A stretch of DNA of 64,000 nt from Somniosus microcephalus (lineage: Eukaryota), in NCBI GenBank assembly GCA_052327205.1, contig CM126207.1:227912001-227976000 (forward strand), written 5' to 3'. Numbering within the stretch: the first letter of the stretch is position 1; each line of letters begins with the position of its first letter. A program made the position numbers and the translations under genes. The notes below the pieces were generated by a model, which did no database searches, was not told the origin of the DNA, and saw only the letters and a list, made by a program, of their open reading frames with translations. This document shows, piece after piece, positions 12,052 through 23,149 of the stretch.

Positions 12052-12172
12052 AACTCAGTGAGCAAATACACTGCTTGGTGTGAGGCTGAGATGTACAGCT
12101 TGCAGGTTCAATTTCTGGTCTGTGCTGAGTTAGGTGATCTCAAAGGGCAATGATGAATGCTCTACAGTTAGC
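12052..12172 (+). mobile_element. Ancient tRNA-derived SINE head (LmeSINE1-like)
   Basis: A-box-like ctcagtgag and B-box-like ggttcaattt, followed by ctggtctgtgctgagttaggtgatctc. Family assignment is from recalled consensus. Confidence 0.5.
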
Positions 12173-12184
12173 ATTATTGTATCG

Positions 12185-12580
12185 AGATTAGAAGGTTGAG
12201 AGGAGATGTAATAGAGGTATTCAAAATTATGAAAGGTTTTGATAGAGTAAATGGGGAGAAACTGTTTCCACTGGCAGGAGGATTGGTAACCAGAGGACAC
12301 AGATTTAAGATAATTGGCAAAAGAACCAGAGAGGAGATTCAAATTTTTTTACACAGCGAGTTGTTATGATCCAAAATGAATTGCCTGAAAGGGTGGTGGC
12401 AGCAGATTCAATAGTAACTTTCAAAAGGAAATTGGATATATACTTGAAAAGGAAAAAAATTGCAAGACTATGGGGAAAGAGCAGGGGAGTGAGACTAATT
12501 GGATAGCTCTTTCAAAGAGGTGACATAGGCACGATGGGCCGAATGGCCTCCTTCTCTGCTGTATGATTCTATAATTCTAT
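12185..12580 (+). mobile_element. CR1 LINE 3' end fragment
   Basis: agaaggttgagaggagat...accagaggacacagatttaag...gggccgaatggcctccttct, ending in an (attctat)n tail. Confidence 0.9.
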
Positions 12581-12802
12581 TTTTTTTTAAATGATACTTA
12601 TGACAATACATACTACACTTCAAATGTTTTCCAAAGTATGATATTTAAGTACAAGTTACTGAAGAAAATATCGGGCAGCAATAGATCCAAATTTAAGGAC
12701 AGTATTGGGCATACAAGTTATTTTTTATTTTCCAAATAGTTTAAAAATATTATCTCATTGAAATGTTAACTTCATCAATTTTTTTCTCCTTTCTTTTCAC
12801 AG

Positions 12803-12920
12803 CTGGAGTGCCAAATTATATTTGACCCCCAGTAACATTGTACTGCTTACAGCCATAGCCTTAATTGGAGTCTGTGTTTTCATTTTGGCTATAATCGGCA
12901 TTTTACACTGGCAGGAGAAG
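12803..12920 (+). CDS. ITFG1: ITFG1 coding exon (transmembrane helix)
   Basis: tcacag|C...GAGAAG|gtactt. Encodes WSAKLYLTPSNIVLLTAIALIGVCVFILAIIGILHWQEK; 118 nt, phase 2 to 0. Confidence 0.97.
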
Positions 12921-13344
12921 GTACTTCTTTGCGGTTTCAATTAATGTTTATGTCTAACACACAGTAATAAGGTTTTAAACAATAGAGTTATTATACAATA
13001 TTGGAATAACTTTCAGAAATATTCAAGCTATCACATTTACAATGAATCAGTAGATTTTTATCATGGTCACATCAATGCGCTAGTTATGTTCATTTACTTT
13101 AATTACTATTTGATGTTTTCGTTATTTAACTGCACAGGATTGCCGATACATTTATTATTTTTATTTTAATATGTAGCAGCCTTTCTTGGGACAATGCACA
13201 ATGTAAATAGCAAGGTTATCTACTAGAACATTCACTGATGCTGTATCAAAAGCAGCATGGGCCAAAAATAGGGTTATAACCTTGTGCCAATCCTGTGACC
13301 CACAGTCACTTTGAGTGCCATTGTCCAAAGGGTTGTGTATCCTC

Positions 13345-13893
13345 CCCACTGTCTCGATCCCTTTTTCTGGACACTGACTCAGGCTGAACCAGACTGTTTG
13401 CAAACTCAGTGTCCTGTTCAATCCTAAACTGATTTTCTGATCACGAAGACTGCCTACTTCCATCTCTGTAACATCACCCATCTCCTCCCCTATCACAACA
13501 CATCTACTGCTGAAACCATCCTTCATGCCTTTGTCATCTCAGCCTTGCCTATCCCTGTAACCTCCTCCACTGCTACAACCTACCCTGAAATCTCTGTTCC
13601 TCTGACTTGGGCTGCTTGGGCATTCCACTCTCCCTTTGCCCCACTATTGGTTGCTGTACTTTGGCTACTAGGACCTACACTCTAGAATTCCCTTCCTAAA
13701 CACCTTCATCTCTCTCTCTCCTCTTTTAAACCCTCCATAAATCCCACTTCTTTGACCAAGCTTTTGGTCACCCCTTTTAACCTTTCCTTCTTGGGTTCAG
13801 CGTCCATTTTGCATTATCCCTCTGTGAACCCCCTTAGGACATTTTTCTAAGTTAATGAAGCTATGTAAATGCAATAGATGGCTGAAGTTGTTA
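13345..13893 (+). mobile_element. L2 LINE 3' fragment (decayed)
   Basis: Homologous to 43462-44313 (aggctgaaccagactgtt, ctgctgaaacc.tc..catgcctttg, tttgaccaagcttttggtca, gctatgtaaatgcaa tail). Confidence 0.8.
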
Positions 13894-14504
13894 TTGTACA
13901 GGATCAGTGAATTTACCCGAATTAGTTACCCTCATTCCACAAACAAAGCATTTTCTGTAAAACACAGGACTCTGTCTAGGATGCCAGTGAGAAAAATAAC
14001 TATGGATGAGCCCATTTGAGATGTTTTTGATATCACAACATTGGGATGGCATCCACATAACTATCCCTTCCTGTGTCATATAAAAGCTAATCCCCAGCTT
14101 GACATATTCGTGCTTTTCCAGAAGAAGCAGAAACTGCAATGGTACACAGTAACAGCTTGATTAACTACTTACAACAAATTCCTGCAGACAGAGACTGGAA
14201 ATGAGGGTTCTTATCATGTGGAGTATACTTCTTTCGAAGAATGAGGGAGACTTGCAGGGTCAATAATTTTACCTTTGTTACTGATTAAGCATCCTTTACA
14301 TACTGCAGAAGTCTGAAATAGTTGTACTTCGCAGGAAGAGTCCAGGGAAAATTCCTGTAGTCAGAACACCCATTGAATTATAGAAAGTCCTTTGGATGTT
14401 TAAAATGTAAGCAACGATGCTTGGTTAAAGTCTTGCTACTATCTATTGTAACCTTATGAAGATTTCCCTAAAACATTATTGTGGATTTATTTGAATAATT
14501 TTTG

Positions 14505-15072
14505 AGGAGAGGCAATATAAACTAAATGATACAATTTGAAAGGGGTGTAGGTACAGAGAGACTTGGGGGTGTATATACACAAATCTTTGAAACATATCAA
14601 GGCCGTAGAGAGGATACAGAAGAGATTTACTAGACTTCAGTTATGTGGAGAGTCTGAAGAAGCTGAGAATGTTCTCCTTAGAGCAGAGAAGGTTAAGAGG
14701 AGATTTGACAGAGGTGTTCAATATCATGAAGGGTTTTGATAAGCAGATAAGCAGAAACTGTTTCCAGTGGCAGAAGGGTCAGTAACCAGAAGACACAGAT
14801 TTGAGGTGATTGGCAAAAAAAACAGAGGCGACGTGAGGAAACTTTTTTTTACACAGCGAGTTGTTGTGATCTGGAATGCACTGGCTGAGTGTGGTGGAAG
14901 CAGATTCAATAATAACTTTCAAAAGTGAATTGGATAAATGCTTGAAGGGAAAATAAATTACAGGGCTATGGAGAAAGAGCTGGGTAGTGGGAATAATTGG
15001 ATAACTCTACCAAAGAGCCGGCACAGGCGCAATAGACCGAATGGCCTCCTTCTGTGTTGTATCATTCTATGT
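14505..15072 (+). mobile_element. CR1 LINE 3' fragment
   Basis: Same family as 12185-12580 and 35480-37092 (gagcagagaaggttaagaggagattt...aatggcctccttctgtg...attctatg). Confidence 0.9.
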
Positions 15073-15566
15073 CACTCAAAGGTTCTCTGCATGCAAGTGA
15101 TGATAGCAGAACAACATGCATTCAGCTAAGATTTAGCCAGCCATTGCTCGAAAAGTGTTTGTGTCGTAAATATGGACTGTATGTTTTGCTATTGCGTTTT
15201 TAGTCAAATTTCATAGTTCTGGCATGGCCAGAAAACACATTTTATGCACAGACTTCATAAAGATACCTACTTTCTGTAGAATCTTAACACTACCCCTTTT
15301 CAAACTGGTTAATATTGGGAGATGCAAAAAGTGCTGATAAGCCTATTTGAAAAACAAGTTTTCAACACTCACCGCAAAATCATTGAAATCAATGATAAAT
15401 GCATTGACAACTTGCACAAGTCCAGAGCTGCTGAATACAGAACTGATTGAATAGCCTGAAGACGGTCACTATCTAGGCACATTCATGAAGAATGACTACT
15501 TAGAAGTACTGGGAACTACCAGTGCCAATGAAACTATATTTCAGAATTCAGGAGAAAATAGGATTT

Positions 15567-15597
<31 letters not shown>

Positions 15598-16240
15598 GTG
15601 TTCAAAAATGGTTCATTGCTAGTCTGATGATGCAGTCTGCTTTTCTACACTCTACAGTGACAACAGACTGCCTATTCCCTATAGGAGCAGTGTCCTTCAG
15701 AACATTTAAAGAAATACATCCCTTCAAAACTATGAAGGCAGATGAATATTAATAGAACTATTGGTCTTGGTTTCTCACCGATTTAACGGTCCACATTTAC
15801 AAACCAGTTTCAATGTTTCTTGTTTACTGGATTACAGGATATCTGTTTTTGACATTTTTAGTTTTGCTTCTTTTCAGTGCAGTCACTTAACAGCAAAATT
15901 ATGGCCGATTTAATGACGCACTAAGTTAGAACATTCAGGAAAATTGTCTGGTTGGCGGAATGATAGGTCCCAGCGCAGCACAGGCAAGTGGGGGCTGAGA
16001 GATGAAGCAGTGATCTATATTGCCACTTCCCCACCCAAATCACGCAGTGCTTAATCTTCCAGTCAACCTAAAGTGCTCGCCCATATTCATGAGCTCAGCT
16101 TGTCCATCTGAAATGAACAATGAAGGGAAGCACGTTCTGAGCTACTCAGGAAGTGAGTTCTTAAAGCTGTATTGCTGGCTTTTTCATTGCTGCAACCTAA
16201 ACTCTTAAAATGGATATTCGATTAAATACTGCTGAGTTTT

Positions 16241-16960
16241 TTGAAGGCAAAAAAAAGGGACAGTAAGCATGTTTACCTGCATCAGAGGGTGACTGCCTGT
16301 ATCCATCCTCACCCGCATCTACGGATCCAGGAATGCCTTCGGAGATTTCACTTCACCAACGAAGCAATGGCAGAGTTGTGCCATCTGCTGGAATCTATCC
16401 TGCAAACAACCTCTACCACAAGGACATCATCATTACTTTCCCCATGGAAAACTGCAAGAATATTGCGAGAGCTCTGGAATTTTTCAGTCGCAGGATTCCC
16501 CAAAGTCTAGGCTGTTTTTGATGGCACCCATATGGCCATCTAGAGTCCTACATACAATCCCATGAATTTCATGACTCACAAGGGCTTCCACTCTGTCAAT
16601 GCCATGTAGCCAGTTAGCAGAAGACAGGATCTTGCAGGTGAATGTCCATTTCTCAGGCAGCAGTCATGATTCTTTTATTTTAAGACAATTTTATATGTCT
16701 GCCCTGTTTGACAGAGAATACAGACTGGAAGGATGGCTTCTTGGTGACAGAGCTCCTGACAGCATTGTGACAATGAAGAACATCAGATGAATGCAGATAT
16801 AATGAGGCATATGAAACCACCAGATCATTATTGAGCATACTGTAGATATCTTTAAGCAGCACTTCCAATGCTTGGACAGATCAGGGAGTGTAATATGGCA
16901 CAGAGTCTCCACGATCATTTTTATCTGCTGCACGCTATACAACTTTCTGATAAGGCATCG
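16241..16960 (+). pseudogene. Old Harbinger transposase remnant
   Basis: ECLRRFHFTNEAMAELCHLLE, AGFPKV*AVFDGTH, KGFHSVN, VNVHFSGSSHDSFILRQ, GWLLGD, YNEAYE, FQCLDRSG and CCTLYNF, with many disruptions. Confidence 0.85.
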
Positions 16961-17924
16961 CGCAGAACTGCACAGATATGGGTACTGGATTCTTCCACAA
17001 ATACTGCTAGACTTTCCATGGTGGTATAGACAAACCAAAACGATTGTCGATAATGCTTGTGTTCAGATAGCAACTTTCACATGCAGATCCACAGAGTTCC
17101 AAACCTCCAGCAAGCAAGTCCCTACTCTGCCACTGCCGCCAGCACATGCTCCTGTTCACTTGTGTGCCCTCCTCAAACTGACAATCTGAATCCAATTGGG
17201 TGAATGTACTTGTGCTGCTACATTCGGCAAGCAATGAGTGATGCTGGGTGGCATCTTCTAAGGTACCACGAGCTCTGGCTGGTTCTTGAAAGACTTCTAT
17301 AAAAGCTGGAGAGGAATATGTTATAATGCTGACTTAAAATACTACTTGTATGATAATATGCCTCATGCCATGGTGTTATGATTGAGTGTGAGAATTAATG
17401 AGTAGGGGGAGAAAGAACGGGAGAAGGAAAGTACTAATACTGAACATAGGGGAGACCTTTGGCTTCAATCTGCCCCACTCTCTATATTCTCAAAGCCCAG
17501 GATTTCCATTGTGGGTTCCTCAAATGTACTTTAAGTGAAGAAAGTTCCAGGGCCATCCTCCTGTGTGAATGTTCTGCTGCCTGTTCTGTACTGCTTTGTC
17601 CTGCCAATAGTTTTGAGATATTGGAAGTTTGAGAAATACTTTCAGTGACACCAAGTGCCTATGCAGAAAGATTTTATTGGAAGTTTGCTTTGTTGATTCA
17701 CCTTTATAGATGTAAGTGCAACAATAGTTCTAGTTTGAAGTTGGAGCTAGAAAGTTGTGGCGATGCATGTGAAGCTAGGAAGTGCTATAGGGTTGTCTGA
17801 GGACACTGCATGTGATCTCAGTCAAGATATGACCGGCTCAGAGGAAACTCTTTATGGCATGCATACTTTGCGCATCTACTTTGTAAATGGAAATGCTTGG
17901 TCGTTTACTTTGGGAAATTTTCAT

Positions 17925-18135
17925 GGCTGGTGAAGGTCTTCCTCATTTGCTTCCAGGTTATTTGAATGAGGACCACCTTGTTGACCCTTTGAGCCACCTC
18001 CTCTTGTCCAGTCTGGATGGTTCTCTTGTGGGAAAGGATGCAAACAGGGCATCCTTCCTTTGGTCCACTTCTTGAAGGAGCAGTTCCATAGCTGCATCAT
18101 CGAATGCTGTGGTTCTTTGTGGGCATTGTACCATT
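17925..18135 (-). pseudogene. Myb/SANT-like exon of the same old Harbinger element (convergent with 16241-16960)
   Basis: The reverse strand reads RTTAFDDAAMELLLQEVDQRKDALF...VAQRVNKVVLIQITWKQMRKTF, resembling the Myb exon at 8171-8407. Confidence 0.7.
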
Positions 18136-18199
18136 TCCTACTAGCAGTTCCCACTTGTGTTAAGCACAAAGCTTTCAGCAGATCAGTCCTACAGCTTCA

Positions 18200-18590
18200 G
18201 CATCAGGATGGAAAATGTACCTTGCTTTCTTTTCAGCCCTTATACCTGGATTTGAATCCAGCACAGAGTAATAATGGATAATGATTTTCTCTGACAACTT
18301 TAATGGTTCAATATAAAATTAGTTTGAACATCCAGTTCCTAGTAGGTATAAAGCCATTGTGCTAAACTACCTATTATTCAGCTGAATGGCATTAATTTGG
18401 CAATTTCACTTTATTATCCCAAAATGGTGGGAAATGGAAAAACTTACAAGTCCACTGCACTTTCGAGTTAAAGTGCATTGTGGTGGTGGGGGGAGCTTTA
18501 CTCTGCACGGTGTCTGACTTGGGAGTGCATATTGCTGACTCTGGGTACCAAAGTCATAAAATTGCATTTCCCCATAGCTGACACCCCTAA
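18200..18590 (+). mobile_element. Ancient SINE, LF-SINE-like
   Basis: B-box-like ggatttgaatccagcacag, then tccagttcctagt, aatggcattaatttggca and a gggagctttactctg tail, in the order I recall for LF-SINE-related consensus. Confidence 0.45.
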
Positions 18591-18956
18591 CTTTGAACAC
18601 AAAGGAAGGTAGTCAGTATAAATGTAATGTGAACTAGCAGGGACTTTTTAAAAAAAAAAAAAAAAAAAAATTAAATACTATGCAAATGTAGGTCTTTGTT
18701 TACCTTAATATGGCTGATAGAGGCTTCACAAAAAATAGCCCAAAAATCTTCCTCCTTTCATATCATTAGAGTATTATTCTTATCCTTTACTGACTCTATG
18801 GTCTTTATTCAAAAACATTTTTCCAGCCTGGTTAAATATTTACAGAGAAAGTTAAAAGAAAGTAATTTGGGCCAAAAGGCCTGCTCATACCATGCTGCTC
18901 AATAAAGAAAATGGGTATATTTTTTCCTAATTACTTTCTTTTTGCTTTTATTTCAG

Positions 18957-19016
18957 AAAGCAGATGACCGAGAGAAGCGCCAGGAAGCACACAGATTCCA
19001 TTTTGATGCCATGTGA
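18957..19016 (+). CDS. ITFG1: ITFG1 last coding exon
   Basis: tttcag|AAA GCA GAT...ATG TGA. Encodes KADDREKRQEAHRFHFDAM*, the conserved ITFG1 C-terminus. Confidence 0.97.
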   Translation, partial: KADDREKRQEAHRFHFDAM

Positions 19017-19349
19017 AATGCAATGGTTCCTGAGTGACAAATGCTAAGTGTTATGTTAGACCTAAAATGTTACTTCTAATAAATAGCTAAAGATGAATGT
19101 TTAATGTTGAATTGTACATAGTCTAACTGCTTCCTGGATTTTTTTGAAATCCGATTTATGGTTTCTGGGCAGTGGTTGCAAATATCTCGAGCTGTATATT
19201 TTGATGAGTTAAAAATAATTTAAAATTAAATTATGCATTTCACTGTATTACTGCATGCATTTCCAAATGTATGTTCCTGTTGTTTCTCTGAACATGGTGA
19301 ATTGTTCTTACTATTAATGTGGCTCATCAGCCTCCAAATGTCTACTTAA

Positions 19350-19355
19350 AATAAA
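19350..19355 (+). terminator. Candidate ITFG1 polyadenylation signal (another AATAAA at 19078-19083)
   Basis: AATAAA followed about 25 nt later by GT/T-rich sequence (gctttgtgtttctg). Usage not demonstrated. Confidence 0.45.
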
Positions 19356-20834
19356 TGGTCTCTGTGGAAAAGTATGCTTTGTGTTTCTGGGAGGTCAAAG
19401 TGAACCATATTGTGGTGTATTAAACTTCTAATGATTTAAAACAAATATTCTGTTTCAAATTCTGCTTTTTGTACGACTGTATGATTGCATTATTTTAGGT
19501 GTGATCCAGTACTCAGACTGACATCCAATTGTGAGACTAGATGACTGGAATTCAATATTTAAATCCCTACACTGCAAACTAGTTTGTGGTAAGAAGCAAA
19601 TGCATAACTTAAGCATGTACAGTAGCTGGATTGCTAAGAGTGTGTTTAGCAGTACATGGATAATAGAATGATTTGACTGATAACTGTGGATAATATATTA
19701 TGGTTTTAGGATGTCACAAAGCTTTCTTTGAAAATATATTTTGACAGATCAGGGGTGTTGACCAGCTTGACCCAAGCACGCTATGGGGATAAATTCTTCT
19801 TCTCGATAATTTTACCGAAAGCTGGCTAGAAAAGAAGAAATCCCACTTTTTACTCACTTCGACTCTGCTAAATTTATAAAGAGGAGCTTCACCTCCATAT
19901 ATTTGTAAATTAAGTCTGCTAGATGAGTTACTACTATGCATTCCCACCTCTGTTCTCTACTGTCAGGTAAAGAAACAGGAACCATAGTTTCATGCAAAGT
20001 AGAGGCTGGAGTAACAATTCATTTGACTGTGCGTTACATAAAAAGTCATTATTTGAAGTAAGCTTATCTGCTTCGAAGGCCTGTGGATCAGGTTTGATTT
20101 TTTTTTAGTTAATCTATCTAACCCAAAGTACATGGAAGATAGCAAATGTTAGTTCTGCAGCACAGACTCATTTAACAATTTCACAATAGCAGCAACCTTT
20201 TATTTTTCCCTTATGCAAACAGGAAGATTTAAGAGTAAGTACAGCAGAAAATGAAAGCCTTTCAAATGGGTCAAATACACTACACAGTTTCCGTGTGAAT
20301 CAGTTTGGGGTTTGTATCAATGTAAATAGTGTAATTTGGATATGAATTGTCAAATTGAATATTGTGAGCCTCATACATGCAGCTCTGCCTTCAGTCCAAA
20401 GCAAAGTTATAAATTGTTTCCACAGATGCATCTGAATAATGGGAATTTTTAAACTTTGTAAGTTTTTTAATATTAGTAAAGAGCTGCTGGAACAGCACAT
20501 AATCTAACTATTTAAATTTAAGCAGCATTTGATGCACACGAGAGGAGATCTGCATGACCAGACCCCTCTACGGCCTGGAAAAAGAGAGCAACGAGGGATC
20601 GACAGTATACCTTTGCTTGCCCTATCTTGCTGTAAGCCAGTAACCGTCACAGGCCAGTAACTATCACAAAATACCTTGCAGTCAAAGTGCCCTGGCGCTG
20701 CAAGCCATTATAACTGGAAAATTGATCTTTTGTGAATAACTTCTTGCATCTGTTTGGGGTTTAAATATATTGGGCCGTGTTGTAGTGTTTGAATATTCCC
20801 AACCATACTGCAAGACTGTGATATATTTGGCGAT

Positions 20835-21560
20835 CTACACATTGGGAAGACCGAAGCTATTGTCTTCAGCCCTGGCCACTGGCAAGGCTGAACTGGACTG
20901 TCGCAGCTTCGACATCCTATTTGACCCTGAGCTGAGCTTCAAACCCCATATCCTCGCCACCACCAAGATCGCCTGTCTCCACCCCCTGCCTCAGCCCATC
21001 TGCTGCTGAAACCCTTAACCGTGCTTTTTTTACCTCCAGACTCGACTATTGCTCTCCGGGCTAGCCTCCCATCTTCCACCCTCCGTAAACTTCAGCTCAT
21101 CCAAAACTCTGCTGCCCGTATCCTAACTCGCACCAAGTCCCATCACCCCTGTGCTGGCTGACCTGCATTGGCTGCCGGTACCAGCAGTGGCTTGAATTTG
21201 AAATTCTCTGTTGCCTCGCCCCTCCCTATCTCTGTAACCTCCTCCAGCCCTAAAACGTTGAGAGAACTCTGCGTTCCTCCAATTCTGGCCTCTTGTGCCT
21301 CCCCGATTTCTTTCATCTCACCATTGATGGCCGTGCCTAGGCCCTAAGCTCTGGAGTTCCTTCCTTAAACCTCTCCAGTTCTCTACCTCTTCCTCCTTTA
21401 ATAAGCGCCTTAAATCTACCTCTTTCACCAAACTTTTCATCACCTGTTTTTATATCTCCTTCGGTGACTTGGTGTCAAATTTTATCTGATAATGCTCTTG
21501 TAAAGCACATTGGGGCATTTTACTATGTTAAAGGTGCTATATAAATACCAGTTGTTGCTG
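20835..21560 (+). mobile_element. L2 LINE 3' fragment between ITFG1 and NETO2
   Basis: ttgggaagaccgaagctattgtcttc...tttgaccctgagctgagcttc...ctcgactat...ctgcattggct...aaaggtgctatataaatac(cagttgttg). Confidence 0.88.
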
Positions 21561-23112
21561 TATATTTGTGTTATTAGTCCTGTCATACATTAAAACTTAT
21601 AGCACAGACTGAAACTTGGAAACTGTTCTTTTGGTGAGCAGAAGTTCAATTTTTGTTTATCTTATAAAGAATCCTTTTCCTGATTTATCACAATAGTACT
21701 TGCAGATAAATCCACTCTTCTATTTTGTAGTCTGTTTGACCAGTCAGCTGTTGTTTCCCAAGGCTCCTTACAAAACGTATGGATCACTGGCCACTGGTCA
21801 TTGTATACATCCTTGTTGAAGGGGACAATTCCTCGTTATTTAGACTGAGTGTAGATGATCAGATGCAATGAAGCTGCAAATTAAGATGGAGAGGCACGCA
21901 TGATTGGAAACTCGTCTCGCCTGCTGTATTTTCACATAACTGATTTATTCATATTGAAAGAGATTGCTGTCAATAGTAGTGTAAATGCTGCCAATAGTAG
22001 TATAAATGCCTAATATTTTGAAAGACTGAGGACGTTTTGATCTATGGCCAAAATCCAAAAGATTATGTAAACGCTTAACGATGAATGAAAAGCTGATATG
22101 AAGCTTGCGTTTTTCATGAATCTGTCTTTCCAGAAAAGTAGTATTGTTTTGTTGTGTATGTTCTGAAAACACTTACTTAAAGAGACCCAATGTGGTATAA
22201 ACCACACTGTCGAAAAAAAATCCAAAGGGTGTATTTATTTTTTCCTGTTCACGATAACTACCAAATGATGTTAGAGTTTAGAACCCTAAGATGTTTAGAA
22301 TAATGTTTTAAGTACTAGTCTCTTTAGGCAATAGTGAACTTATTTTTTTTAAAACGGCTTCATTAACGATCTGGCTTTGGTCAGTGCCGTTGTGTCTGAA
22401 GGTGTGTGTGTGGAATTGGAAACAGCAGGCTGCAGCTTGGTGTGTTGTGTGGAGTGGGTGCATGCGTACAAACTGCTCATTGAAGCACAGCACGTAGATC
22501 TGAAAATGAGCCTCATTCATTCGCGATACAGTACTTGCATCAAGCTGGGAGCTGGAGTGGCTCTGGCTGCTCCTCAAAAGAGCGACAGTCCCTTCCTGCC
22601 CGCTTTGCACCCTGTGACGGGTTTAGGCAGCTTTGAAACAACTCCCATTCTCCGAGATTTTCTATCCCGTGCTTAAGTCAACTGAAAAGTCGTTAAACAG
22701 AAATGTAAAGCCACAGAACATTCTTGGAGGACTAAGACGGTCTTTGTGGAGGAAATGCCCGAGGGGTAGATCTGACAAAGGGATGGAATTAACCCGGTGC
22801 GGAAAGTTTGTATTTTAGGAGCGAAGCGGGTCTCTGCTTTCGGGTAAAGGCATGGATGGCGTTTTGAACCGAATTAGAATATCAGGAAATTGGATTATGG
22901 ACCTGATCTATGAAAGTAGCTAGGTATCGGCGAGAAAAGCAACCGAATGGAAGGCTAATTCGCTTGATTCGAATAACGTGGATTCTTTGTTTCACTTGAC
23001 AACGATTCCGAAGTGCTCTGTACCAGTCTGTATAGAGCCAGCATTGCAGACTGCCCTCCCAATACTTCCGAGGAGGTACTCGGGGAAAACAGACATCTTC
23101 CAAACCGAGAGG

Positions 23113-23149
23113 ATGGTGCTGGAAAGACGGATTTTCTTCATGTTCAAAG
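23113..23149 (+). CDS. NETO2: NETO2 coding exon 1
   Basis: aggATGg Kozak context; MVLERRIFFMFK+G|gtgagt resembles the human N-terminus MALERL..VLK; phase 1. Confidence 0.85.

Noticed and set aside
12052-12125. A/B-box-like sequence as a tRNA gene
   Set aside because: No cloverleaf; it continues into SINE body sequence, so it is a decayed SINE head.
15547-15575. Long poly-C tract (others at ~1327, ~56717 and ~59660; poly-A at ~18649)
   Set aside because: Homopolymer slippage or sequencing-length uncertainty; no evidence of function.
21970-22010. Two-copy tandem repeats (also 20636-20668 and 38077-38118) as a possible CRISPR-like array
   Set aside because: Simple 17-22 bp local duplications without spacers, in a eukaryotic context.
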